From positions 1-30,391 of the forward strand of contig JZWU02000021.1 of the NCBI GenBank assembly GCA_000960865.2: DNA of 30,391 nt. Reading direction: 5' to 3'. Source of the stretch: Vulcanisaeta sp. AZ3 (GTDB lineage: Archaea; Thermoproteota; Thermoprotei; Thermoproteales; Thermocladiaceae). How positions within the stretch are numbered: the stretch's first letter is position 1; each line of letters opens with the position of its first letter. Positions 18,097 to 27,301 of this stretch are shown here, one piece after another. The position numbers and the translations under genes are program-made. The notes beneath the pieces were generated by a model that was not told the origin of the DNA, ran no database searches, and saw nothing but the letters and a program-made list of their open reading frames with translations.

Positions 18097-19503
18097 ATGA
18101 GTTGGAGCTTATTAGATGCATTAAGGAATAACCCTGACTTAGTTAGGGATTCTCTTAAGAAGAGGCGTATGGATGCTGCAATTGTTGATAGGTTTATTGA
18201 ATTAGATGGTAGTTGGAGGAGGGTTAAGGCTGAGATTGATGAATTAAGGCATAAGCATAATGTAATTAGTAAGGAGATTAGTAAGTTAAGTGGCGCCGAG
18301 AAAGAGGCGAGGATTAGGGAGGCCAAGGAATTATTGAATGAGATTCATAAGAAGGAGGAGGAATTAAATAAGCTTGAGGATGAGAGAGATAGGGTTTTGA
18401 GGTCAATACCGAACATAGTTCATGATAGTGTACCATATAATTGTCCGGAGGGTGTTGATTCAATTCCAGTTAGGTTCTATGGGACGCCCAGGGTCTGGGT
18501 TGGATATGTGAAGGATTTTAAGGATCAGACGGAACGTTTTGGCTTTACCGTGCCCTACGAGGAGATCACTTGGAAACCCGTTGGGCATGCGGACATGCTT
18601 GAGTTGGTTCTTGGTATGGGGGATACGTTGAAGGCTGGTGAAGTTGCGGGTTCGAGGTTTTACTATCTATTCGATGATTTAGTGATGCTCGACATGGCAA
18701 TACTGGCCTACGCCATAGACCACATGACCAAGAAGGGGTTTAGGCTCGTACTACCCCCCTATATGCTTAAGTACGAAGTTCTCTCAGAGGTATTGGACAT
18801 GGATACCTTCAGGGACATGGTGTATAAGGTTGAGAATGAAGACCTATACCTAATAGGTACAGCTGAGCACCCAATAGCTGCATACTTAAGGCATGCAGAA
18901 CTCCTCGAGGATCAATTACCATTCCTATTCGTGGGTATCTCGCCAAGTTTCAGGAGAGAAGCTAGTGCGGGCAATAGAGATATGAAGGGTATCTTCAGAG
19001 TTCACCAATTCCATAAGGTGGAACAATTCGTATTCTCACTACCTGAGGATAGCTGGAGATGGCATGAGGAACTAATAAAAAATGCAGAAGAGCTTTGGCA
19101 AGGTCTCGGTTTACCATACAGAGTAGTTCTCCTCTGTGCTCATGACATGGGTAGATGTGCCGCTAAACAGTACGACTTAGAGGTCTGGATGCCTGCCCAG
19201 GGTAGGTATAGGGAGATGGTGTCCTGCAGTAACTGTACTGATTGGCAGTCTGCGAAGCTAGGCATTAGAGTTCTCAAGAAAGATATGAGGAGGGAGTTTG
19301 TGCATACCCTAAACTCCACAGCGATAGCTAGCACGAGAGCTATAACGGCGATCCTGGAGAATAACCAAGAACCTGATGGTACTGTAATAATACCTAAGGT
19401 ATTAAGAAAGTATCTAGAGATATTCAGTAAGGGGCCTATGGATGCTATCTACCCGAGGAGAAGGGTTAGGAGGGATAGTAATGGTAATCCAATCATCGAG
19501 TAA
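18097..19503 (+). CDS. serS: Seryl-tRNA synthetase
   Basis: N-terminal coiled arm, LIGTAEHP, motif 2 FRREA and GIFRVHQFHKVEQF, EMVSCSNCTDWQ, HTLNSTA. Confidence 0.97.
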   Translation: MSWSLLDALRNNPDLVRDSLKKRRMDAAIVDRFIELDGSWRRVKAEIDELRHKHNVISKEISKLSGAEKEARIREAKELLNEIHKKEEELNKLEDERDRVLRSIPNIVHDSVPYNCPEGVDSIPVRFYGTPRVWVGYVKDFKDQTERFGFTVPYEEITWKPVGHADMLELVLGMGDTLKAGEVAGSRFYYLFDDLVMLDMAILAYAIDHMTKKGFRLVLPPYMLKYEVLSEVLDMDTFRDMVYKVENEDLYLIGTAEHPIAAYLRHAELLEDQLPFLFVGISPSFRREASAGNRDMKGIFRVHQFHKVEQFVFSLPEDSWRWHEELIKNAEELWQGLGLPYRVVLLCAHDMGRCAAKQYDLEVWMPAQGRYREMVSCSNCTDWQSAKLGIRVLKKDMRREFVHTLNSTAIASTRAITAILENNQEPDGTVIIPKVLRKYLEIFSKGPMDAIYPRRRVRRDSNGNPIIE

Positions 19504-19504
19504 C

Positions 19505-20254
19505 TCAACGTTGCAATTGTGCTGAGTTTGTCCACAAATAATTGAAGTATGTCTTAGCAATATCAATTATGTAATCCTGCCTTGAGTAAAGGCTTATGTA
19601 ATTATTACTTTGTCTAATTACCAAGACCACGCCGTCAACGCCGATCAAGCCGCCACCAAACAACTCATCCTTGATCCTCACATGTATCCTTGGTGGTAAA
19701 TTGCTAATGTTGGGCATGAGGTCTTGAGTTATTAGTAATCTAACCTCATTATTACGTGAAACCTCCTCTAATATTGAGAGAACCCTATAATCTAGAAGCT
19801 CTGCATATGGTGTTGCCAGGTCTATGTTTCCATAACCCATGGATTTAACCATGAGTTCCTTAGTACTCTCTAGACCTCTAACCACGTAAAGTACCTCGCT
19901 TTGCGCCGTGACTTTACCCCTATATGCGGATTCATACATTAATTGCAGTGAGTCTATTAATGGCCTTATTGAGTTCACGTAATCGTTAAACCTCTGCATT
20001 ACCTTACTGAATGCATCGTTTGGTGATACGGCATAGAATAGTTCAGGTCTCCTCTTATCGTCAATCTGCACAAAACCCAGCCTATATAGCCTATGCAGTA
20101 CGGAGTAAACTTTAGACGTTGGTATGCCCGACCTTAAGGCTACATCTCTAGCAGTCAGGGGTCCATTCTCAACAAGTGTTACGTAAGCCTTAACATCGTA
20201 ATTACTCAAACCAATGATACCCATAATATCTCTAAGCTCCTTCTCGACCTTCAT
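19505..20254 (-). CDS. TrmB-family transcriptional regulator
   Basis: wHTH GLSNYDVKAYVTL, TARDVALRSGIPTSKVYSVLHRLYRLGFV, RPELFYAVSP; C-terminal effector domain ending YFNYLW; start ATG 20254. Confidence 0.9.
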   Translation of the reverse strand: MKVEKELRDIMGIIGLSNYDVKAYVTLVENGPLTARDVALRSGIPTSKVYSVLHRLYRLGFVQIDDKRRPELFYAVSPNDAFSKVMQRFNDYVNSIRPLIDSLQLMYESAYRGKVTAQSEVLYVVRGLESTKELMVKSMGYGNIDLATPYAELLDYRVLSILEEVSRNNEVRLLITQDLMPNISNLPPRIHVRIKDELFGGGLIGVDGVVLVIRQSNNYISLYSRQDYIIDIAKTYFNYLWTNSAQLQR

Positions 20255-20319
20255 ATAAACACCTCTGAGAGTATTAATTGGTGACAAAGCTTTTAAGTAA
20301 TTACCCTCCAATTGCCGTA

Positions 20320-22041
20320 ATGGTTCAAGCATCAGTTGCAAAGACGGAGCTCGTTGTTGAGGTCCAGAAGCAGAGAAAATCTCTTGTTGATTTAAGTAGG
20401 TTTAGATTACCGAGGCACTATAAGAATGCCCTTGAGAATGAGAGGTTGCAGTCCATGTGGAGGAGACAGTTTGGGCTCCCAGATCATGTGAGGGTTATTA
20501 AGGTCTCGGTTTCCGTATGCCCCGTATGCAGTAAGCAAATACCCATGGTTGTGTATGAGGAGGATGGAGCAATTTGGCTGAAGAAGACCTGCTCTGAACA
20601 CGGTAACTTCAGAGACCTGTATTGGGGCGATGCAGAGCTCTATTATTACTTCCTTCAGTGGGATGCCCCCGAGTATATAGGTAAAGGCACTGCAAACCCA
20701 AATACAGACCTAAACTACTACCTAACAGCAGGTAGTTGTCCCCAGGGCTGTGGATTATGTCCAGTACATAAGTCGAACACCGTCTTAGCAATAATTGATG
20801 TTACGAATAGGTGCAATATGAAGTGCCCTGTTTGTTTCGCCAACGCCTATGCCGCAGGTTATGTCTATGAACTAACTCTGGAACAAATAGAGCATATGCT
20901 TAGAACCCTCAGGACACAGAAACCATGGGCACCAAATGCCATTCAATTTAGCGGTGGTGAGCCTACTCTAAGGAATGATCTGCCTGAGATAATTAGGATG
21001 GCTAAGGCCCTTGGCTTCGATCATGTCGAAGTCAATACTAACGGTATTAGGATTGCCAATGACATCAACTACTATAAGGCATTACTCGATGCTGGCATGT
21101 CAACCATATACTTACAGTTCGATACGATAGACCCCAACAACCAAGGGGTCTGGAGACATAGGCTTTACGATCCAAGGGCATACGCAGCAGTTAAGAGGAA
21201 GGTTATTGAGAACGCTAGGAAAATTGGACATAGGTCCGTGGTACTTGTGGTGACTATGGCAAGGAATTACAACGATAAGGATATCGGTAAAATCATAGAC
21301 TTCGCCGTAGAGAATAGGGATGTAGTTAGGTGGATAAATATACAACCAGTGTCCTTCGCGGGAAGGGCTAAGGAGTACAGTCCTGAGGAGATTAGACAGT
21401 TTAGGATAACAATACCAGACGTAATAAATGAAATAGAAGTTCAGTCAGATGGTAAGATAAGCAAATGGGATTGGAGGCCAGTTAATTGGCCGGTTGCCAT
21501 GGGTAAGTTGATTGAGGCCCTCACGGGAAATCCAAAACCATTATTCAGCAATAATCCAGTGTGTGGCGCATCAACATTCATATACTATGATGAGGATAGT
21601 AAGGATATACTGCCAATAACTAAGGTCGTAGATGTTGATGGATTCGAGAAGACAATATGGGACTTACACAGCAAGGCTGTGAAGGGTGGTGTTTGGAGGG
21701 GTGTTGCAGCCGTGGAGACACTGAAATTACTTAGGTATGTTAAGCATAAGGGCTTTAGAAACATACTTGCAGATCTCCTACTTAAGAAGGATTATGAATC
21801 GCTCGGCAAGGTAATGTTTAATGTCGTTGGAATTGGTATAATGCACTTTATGGATGTCTTTAACTTCGATGTACAAAGGGTCCAAAGATGCGACATACAC
21901 TATGCAACCCCAGATGGTAGAGTAATACCCTTCTGTACGATGAATAACTTCCATAGGGATAAAGTTGAACATAGCTTTAAGATAGATGTCAACGACTGGC
22001 TTAAGATAAAGCTTGTTAAGAATACGGCATCCTTTGCTTAA
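20320..22041 (+). CDS. tes: Tetraether lipid synthase (Tes / GDGT-MAS) radical SAM enzyme
   Basis: Rubredoxin-like CPVC plus KKTCSEHG; CPQGCGLCPVHK; radical SAM CNMKCPVCFANA; SGGEPT; YLQFD; C-terminal MHFMDVFNFDVQRVQRCDIHYATPDGRVIPFC, as in the MJ0619 family; start ATG 20320. Confidence 0.88.
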   Translation: MVQASVAKTELVVEVQKQRKSLVDLSRFRLPRHYKNALENERLQSMWRRQFGLPDHVRVIKVSVSVCPVCSKQIPMVVYEEDGAIWLKKTCSEHGNFRDLYWGDAELYYYFLQWDAPEYIGKGTANPNTDLNYYLTAGSCPQGCGLCPVHKSNTVLAIIDVTNRCNMKCPVCFANAYAAGYVYELTLEQIEHMLRTLRTQKPWAPNAIQFSGGEPTLRNDLPEIIRMAKALGFDHVEVNTNGIRIANDINYYKALLDAGMSTIYLQFDTIDPNNQGVWRHRLYDPRAYAAVKRKVIENARKIGHRSVVLVVTMARNYNDKDIGKIIDFAVENRDVVRWINIQPVSFAGRAKEYSPEEIRQFRITIPDVINEIEVQSDGKISKWDWRPVNWPVAMGKLIEALTGNPKPLFSNNPVCGASTFIYYDEDSKDILPITKVVDVDGFEKTIWDLHSKAVKGGVWRGVAAVETLKLLRYVKHKGFRNILADLLLKKDYESLGKVMFNVVGIGIMHFMDVFNFDVQRVQRCDIHYATPDGRVIPFCTMNNFHRDKVEHSFKIDVNDWLKIKLVKNTASFA

Positions 22042-22156
22042 GGCACTTACAATTTAATATTTCTATCATGCTGCAGTTAGCCTCAGGCTTACCTTAATAT
22101 TCTATCCATTATTTCCTTGGGCTTAGGGTAAGTGCTAAATATATTTTCTGCGTTGT

Positions 22157-23320
22157 GTGATTGTGGGTTCTAGAGATAGGTTTGTGTTGGATTCAGTAAT
22201 GGGTTTAAGTGATGGCTTATTGATAATTGTGCCTCCATTCATTGATTCTCTATTATCCTCAATGGCAATACTCCATGAAAGGTTTAGGAGAGGACTTGCA
22301 ACGCACTTAACATTACTAACACTGGCCCAACTGGAGTACCTAAATGATACAATTAGTAACTACAATGCTATCTTACTTGTTGATCCACCTAATGTACTTA
22401 GACTTGAGGGTATTGGAGAGATATTTAGTAGTAAAAGGATTTTCGTGATTAGTAGAGGTAATGTTAAGTGGTTGAGTGCCGATTCCCATCTTGAGTATGA
22501 TGGTTCCTTACCGCAATTAATATGGCAATTTCTGGGTAATGAGTTGGATAAAGAGTCCATGAGATTCCTAGAGGCTGCTGTTGTGTATGAGTCATCATCA
22601 TCGAACTATGACGCATCCTCATTTAGTGGCTGGTTAAATGCGGAGCCTACGAGTTATATAGCATTACCTGGTATACTCAGGTTACCACTTAGTGCTGTGA
22701 TTTCCCGCGCCTTTTCCCCCGCCATACCTGGGCTCACGGGCAATGAGGCTGAGGCTAAGGATTTAGTTAAGGCTGTAGGCAGAAGGTTGGATGTAACTTA
22801 TACAGACCTCACCGAGGATCAAGTGATGGATTTATTGAGGTACTTGGGGGATTTTATGTTAAGAGCTGGGTTTAGGGGTGAGTACTTAGATAAGCTAGTC
22901 TTTACCAATAGGAAGTGGTTAGGTTTGAATGTAGATGTTCTCGATTCATTACTTGCTCTTGAAGCGCAATTAGCGCTTTGGGAATATGCTGGCGGAATTG
23001 TGGATCCAATATTAAATCCGCAAAGTGTTGAGGTAGCTAATAATGTAATTATTAAATACATATCAATACTCAGCAACTATCTAAACCAACTTAGCAAGGT
23101 AGGCATTACTCTCAATAATCAACAATTAACACTTGCAGACAGACTATGCTCAATTTTAAGCTTCAGTTTTGAGAAACACGATGAAACATTCTCCACACCC
23201 GATGCGTCACTACAAATTAGTTGTGTATTTAGTGGAAATGTTAAGGAGGCTGACATAATATTTAATCGTAGTGATTACTCAATAACTGTTAGGGGTCTGC
23301 CTAATGAGGATCAAAGGTAA
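22157..23320 (+). CDS. Degenerate RecJ/DHH-like (Cdc45/GAN-related) protein, probably nuclease-inactive
   Basis: 387 aa; occupies the position of the DHH gene upstream of pcc1-rps3ae; PAIPGLTGNE..AKDL segment resembles that family; no intact DxD or DHH motif. The ORF is secure; the family call rests largely on context. Confidence 0.55.
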   Translation: MIVGSRDRFVLDSVMGLSDGLLIIVPPFIDSLLSSMAILHERFRRGLATHLTLLTLAQLEYLNDTISNYNAILLVDPPNVLRLEGIGEIFSSKRIFVISRGNVKWLSADSHLEYDGSLPQLIWQFLGNELDKESMRFLEAAVVYESSSSNYDASSFSGWLNAEPTSYIALPGILRLPLSAVISRAFSPAIPGLTGNEAEAKDLVKAVGRRLDVTYTDLTEDQVMDLLRYLGDFMLRAGFRGEYLDKLVFTNRKWLGLNVDVLDSLLALEAQLALWEYAGGIVDPILNPQSVEVANNVIIKYISILSNYLNQLSKVGITLNNQQLTLADRLCSILSFSFEKHDETFSTPDASLQISCVFSGNVKEADIIFNRSDYSITVRGLPNEDQR

Positions 23321-23558
23321 TGTTGTCCTGGAGATACCCGTTAATTCAACCGAGGATTGCGAGACAGTAGTTAAGGCGTTGATGCCTGATGAGAAAGACT
23401 TACCCACTGGCTTATCGTCAAGTATTAAGTGCGACGGTGGTAAGCTAATATATGAGCTCCATTACGATATTGATAGCACAGAGCTCCTAAGTGTATATAA
23501 TACGATTGATGATTTAATGAGGAATCTAAAGATCATCATTAATTCCTTAGTAGTTTAG
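23304..23558 (+). CDS. pcc1: KEOPS complex subunit Pcc1
   Basis: 84 aa, KALMPD and YNTIDDLMRNLK pattern; directly upstream of rps3ae. Confidence 0.75.
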   Translation: MRIKGNVVLEIPVNSTEDCETVVKALMPDEKDLPTGLSSSIKCDGGKLIYELHYDIDSTELLSVYNTIDDLMRNLKIIINSLVV

Positions 23559-23601
23559 GAGGGTAAAAATATAAAAGGGGCTGTGGCGATGTTGAATCAC
23601 T

Positions 23602-24270
23602 GTGCCAGAACAAAAACAGGCTAAGACGGGTAAGTGGATGATAAAGAAATGGTTCACTGCATATGCTCCAGCTTTATTTAATAGTGTGGAGATTGGTGAT
23701 GTACCTGCCAATGAACCCACCAACCTAATTGATAGAACCTTGGAAATCACATTATTCGACATAACCAGAGACTTAGGGCATCTACACATTAAGCTAATGT
23801 TCCAAATAGATCGAGTTGAAAGCGAGAAAGCATACACTAGGTTTAAGGGTATGGAATTAACAAGAGATTACATAAAGAGCTTGATAAGGAGAGGTTCAAG
23901 TCTAATTCAATTAATACAGGACGTGAGAACCACCGATAACGCGCTCCTAAGGGTAACAATACTGGCAATGACGCCAACAAGGTGTGCGTCAAGTCAAAAG
24001 AGGGCTATTAGGAAGGTATTCATGGAGCTCCTAACAAGCCTCTCAGGCAAGGTGGACTTCAATGGCTTCGTGAAGTCTGCCGTTTATGGCAACATCACAA
24101 ATGAGTTATTTGCTGTTGGTAAGAAGATATATCCACTGAGGAAGGTTGAGATTTATAAGATAAAGGTCTTGAGATATCCAACCGGTGAGGTTAAACCGCC
24201 AACACAGATAGAGAGAGTTAAAGTTACGGAGAGTTTGCCTCAACCCTCCGAATCCTCACCTTCCCCGTAA
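23602..24270 (+). CDS. rps3ae: 30S ribosomal protein S3Ae (eS1)
   Basis: KWMIKKWFTAYAPALF, RTLEITLFDITRD, TRFKGMELTRDYIKSLIRRGSS, KKIYPLRKVEIYKIKV. Confidence 0.96.
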   Translation: MPEQKQAKTGKWMIKKWFTAYAPALFNSVEIGDVPANEPTNLIDRTLEITLFDITRDLGHLHIKLMFQIDRVESEKAYTRFKGMELTRDYIKSLIRRGSSLIQLIQDVRTTDNALLRVTILAMTPTRCASSQKRAIRKVFMELLTSLSGKVDFNGFVKSAVYGNITNELFAVGKKIYPLRKVEIYKIKVLRYPTGEVKPPTQIERVKVTESLPQPSESSPSP

Positions 24271-24851
24271 GTCCTATTAAGTCTCTCCACCAGCTCCCTG
24301 TACCTAATCTCTCTTCTCCAATTCTGAATCCACTTATAAACTGTCGAATGCTGTCTCCCCTTAATGAGCATTTCAAGAGCATCTCTTGCAGTCCTAACAT
24401 TTTCATAGGGGCCGAGGATAGCTATGTACTTATCACCAATGGCTATCTTTGTATCCGTTAATTCTTGAATGACTCTCTTAGCCCTACCATCCTCACCAAT
24501 AATTCTTGACTTAATTCTATTGATGTGATTAGCCTTATCTTTATCGCTCACGTAATCCCTCAGATCAATAACCTCCAGTGCATAGTCATCGCTCCTAAGA
24601 TTTTGAGCATCATCATAATCAAAGCCATAGGATATCGCTTCAATTATACTTTTAGCCTTCATTAATTGATCAAAGTTTGTGTTATCACTTGGCATTATTG
24701 TAACCTCACTCCTATTATCATCAACAATTACTTTAACCCTAAACTCCTCCTCAATACTTCTTGTGGAGTCTTTCAAAGCCTTAAGTCTATTTTCCTCAAC
24801 CACAACCTTAAACCCACCCCTCATATAATCACTAATCATTATCTTCTCCAT
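24240..24851 (-). CDS. dim2: KH-domain pre-rRNA processing protein (archaeal Dim2/Pno1)
   Basis: KAKSIIEAISYGF, RIKSRIIGEDGRAKRVIQELT, MLIKGRQHSTVY. Confidence 0.9.
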   Translation of the reverse strand: MEKIMISDYMRGGFKVVVEENRLKALKDSTRSIEEEFRVKVIVDDNRSEVTIMPSDNTNFDQLMKAKSIIEAISYGFDYDDAQNLRSDDYALEVIDLRDYVSDKDKANHINRIKSRIIGEDGRAKRVIQELTDTKIAIGDKYIAILGPYENVRTARDALEMLIKGRQHSTVYKWIQNWRREIRYRELVERLNRTYGEGEDSEG

Positions 24852-24908
24852 TATGGTAAGTCACAACCTTAATTAAAAACTTGTCCTTCTATCTTCAAAA
24901 TTAATTAT

Positions 24909-24926
24909 CAATAATTATAATTATTG
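24909..24926. promoter_or_regulatory. Perfect 18-bp palindrome CAATAATTATAATTATTG between dim2 and pgk (candidate operator)
   Basis: Exact self-complement; ends 14 nt upstream of the pgk TATA TTTTAAATA at 24941. Confidence 0.45.
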
Positions 24927-24973
24927 CAACGGTAAGAAAATTTTAAATAGTTAACTTTTTTATATCTAGTAAT

Positions 24974-26185
24974 ATGAGTTCACTGAGTATACCCAGTACA
25001 CTTCCAACAATAGACCTATGCACCAAGGGAAAAGTCTTGGTTAGGGTTGACATGAACGTTCCCATCAACAGAGCCACTGGAGAGATACTCGATAATTATA
25101 GAATTGAAGCTCACTCAGAGACAATAAAATACTTGGTAAACCTTGGGTTACCTGTAGTCGTAATCACGCACCAAGGAAGGCCAGGAGATCCCGATTTTAT
25201 ATCCTTGGAAGCCCATGCACGTATGCTAAGTAAGTTCTTGGGTATTGATGTTCGTTTTGTGGATGATGTCATGGGTCCAAGGGCACGTGAGGAAATAAAT
25301 AGGTTGGGTTCTGGCGAGGTTTTAATGCTCGACAATCTAAGATTTGTTAGTGAGGAGGTTCTTGAGGGTGAGCCTCAGAAATTGGCGAGTACTTACTTAA
25401 TCATGAGATTGGCACCATTATTTACTCACTTCATATTAGATGCCTTCGCCACAGCACATAGGTCGCAACCAAGCATTGTAGGTTTCCCCTACGTGATGCC
25501 AAGCTGTATGGGTCTCATAATGGAAAGAGAGGTTAAGGCGTTAAGTAAGGTGTTAAGTGATAGGGATATTTCCACTATATTAATAGCTGGTGGGGCGAAG
25601 GTTCCTGAAACTGTAAAAACAATAAGGACATTGCTCGATGGGGGCTTGATTAATAAGGTATTAGTTGGGGGCTTAGTAGGTCAGCTGTTTCTGGCCTTGA
25701 GGTACGGTAATAATAAGTTGATGAGTGGTATTAAGGTTGGGCAAGACACGATTGATAATGCCGTAGATATAATAAAGCTTCATAACAATAAGATCATATT
25801 GCCAGTAGATGTTGTTCAAGCTGATGAGAAAATAGTTGAGTCAGTTAAAGCGCAATCAAACCTTGATATTGGTCCTTCAACTATAGAATTATTTAGCAAG
25901 CACCTAGCAGTTGCAGATGTTGCCATAATGACAGGTCCCATGGGTCTTGTAGAAGATGAAAGATTCTCTAGAGGTACTAGGGAGGTTATGAAGTCCATGG
26001 TTGATAATGCCGAGTTTACGGTGATTGGTGGCGGGCACACAATAATGTCAGCTAGGAGGTTTGGCTTAATTAGTAAGATTGGTCACATATCAACTGGAGG
26101 TAGAGCATTCATACAATTCCTAGCAGATCCATACTTGCCCGGAATAAGGGCTCTTGAACTTTCGAAAGCTAAATTCTGGGTGTAA
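24974..26185 (+). CDS. pgk: Phosphoglycerate kinase
   Basis: VRVDMNVP, THQGRPG, LDNLRF, DAFATAHRSQ, GGAKV, DIGP, GPMG, GGGH, HISTGG. Confidence 0.97.
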   Translation: MSSLSIPSTLPTIDLCTKGKVLVRVDMNVPINRATGEILDNYRIEAHSETIKYLVNLGLPVVVITHQGRPGDPDFISLEAHARMLSKFLGIDVRFVDDVMGPRAREEINRLGSGEVLMLDNLRFVSEEVLEGEPQKLASTYLIMRLAPLFTHFILDAFATAHRSQPSIVGFPYVMPSCMGLIMEREVKALSKVLSDRDISTILIAGGAKVPETVKTIRTLLDGGLINKVLVGGLVGQLFLALRYGNNKLMSGIKVGQDTIDNAVDIIKLHNNKIILPVDVVQADEKIVESVKAQSNLDIGPSTIELFSKHLAVADVAIMTGPMGLVEDERFSRGTREVMKSMVDNAEFTVIGGGHTIMSARRFGLISKIGHISTGGRAFIQFLADPYLPGIRALELSKAKFWV

Positions 26186-26187
26186 TT

Positions 26188-27234
26188 ATGGTTGTTAGAG
26201 TTGGTATTGTAGGTTATGGGACAATTGGCAAGAGGGTTGCTGATGCGGTAATGAAGATGGACGATATGGAACTAATCGGTGTCGTTAAGCAGACACCAGA
26301 CTATGAGACGGAGATTGCCGTGAGCAAGGGAATTAATATATATACGTATGAGGATAAAGTAAGTAGATTTGAGAGGATGAGTATTAAGGTAAGGGGCACT
26401 ATAAACGATATGCTCAATAAAGTGGATCTAATCATAGACGCAACACCTGATGGGGTTGGTGCTGAGAATAAGGTTAAGATTTACGAGCCTAGAGGCTTTC
26501 GTGCCATATTCCAGGGTGGTGAGGAGGCTGATGTTGCTGAGGTTAGTTTTAACGCTCTGGCCAATTACGAGATGGCCATGGGTAAGAGGTTCGTTAGGGT
26601 CGTTAGTTGCAATACCACGGCACTATCCAGATTAATAAGCGCTTTTTTACTTCATGGTTACAGGATTAGGAAAGTTAGAGCGTACATAGTGAGGAGAGGT
26701 GCAGATCCAAGGGAGTTCAAGAAGGGACCCATAAATGATGTTGTCTTCAATCCAGCAACGGTGCCTAGTCACCATGGTCCAGATGTCATGACGGTAATAC
26801 CATCAATAGGCATAATAACTATGGCCGTAGCTGTACCAACAACAATAATGCATCTACACATGGTGAATATAGAGTTTGATAGTCAGCTCAGTAAGGGTGA
26901 GGCGATTAAGGTGCTTGAAGAAACCCCAAGGCTCTTATTATTCAGCTCCTCATCTAGAAAATTCGAATCACTAGCACAAATAATTGAGTGGGCAAGGGAC
27001 ATGGGCAGGCCTAGAGGTGATATAATGGAGAACGCAATAATTGAGGACTCAATTACAACATCACAAAACGAACTCTTCCTAATGCAAGGAGTTCATCAGG
27101 AAAGCATTGTTGTTCCTGAAAACATAGATGCCATAAGGGCAATGTTCAAATTGGCAGATAAGTGGAGTTCAATTAGGAAGACCGACCAGACATTGGGCTT
27201 AGTATATTCGAGCAAGAATTATCAATTAACATAA
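26188..27234 (+). CDS. gap: Archaeal type II glyceraldehyde-3-phosphate dehydrogenase (phosphorylating)
   Basis: GYGTIGKRVADA, FQGGE, VVSCNTT, PSHHGPDV, HQESIVVPENIDAIRAM. Confidence 0.97.
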   Translation: MVVRVGIVGYGTIGKRVADAVMKMDDMELIGVVKQTPDYETEIAVSKGINIYTYEDKVSRFERMSIKVRGTINDMLNKVDLIIDATPDGVGAENKVKIYEPRGFRAIFQGGEEADVAEVSFNALANYEMAMGKRFVRVVSCNTTALSRLISAFLLHGYRIRKVRAYIVRRGADPREFKKGPINDVVFNPATVPSHHGPDVMTVIPSIGIITMAVAVPTTIMHLHMVNIEFDSQLSKGEAIKVLEETPRLLLFSSSSRKFESLAQIIEWARDMGRPRGDIMENAIIEDSITTSQNELFLMQGVHQESIVVPENIDAIRAMFKLADKWSSIRKTDQTLGLVYSSKNYQLT

Positions 27235-27301
27235 GGCTTAGGCCTAGAGTTAGTAATGGGCTGATTTAAACTTTTAAGCCTTAAATATTTCGACATGATA
27301 T

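Noticed and set aside
18095-18136. Possible C/D box sRNA (TGATGA ... CTGA) over the serS start
   Set aside because: Short spacing, no convincing C'/D' boxes, and fully explained by the serS coding sequence.
20255-20341. Apparent head-to-head overlap of the TrmB and radical SAM ORFs
   Set aside because: Artifact of longest-ORF starts; ATGs at 20254(-) and 20320(+) remove the overlap.
20320-22041. MoaA or FO-synthase annotation for the radical SAM protein
   Set aside because: The N-terminal rubredoxin-like and auxiliary Cys motifs and the C-terminal MHFMD/HYATPDG/PFC motifs fit Tes/GDGT-MAS.
27232-27283. 9-bp inverted repeat TAAGGCTTA/TAAGCCTTA between gap and the M42 gene
   Set aside because: 34-nt loop, AT-rich, and the right arm overlaps the probable TATA; likely chance.
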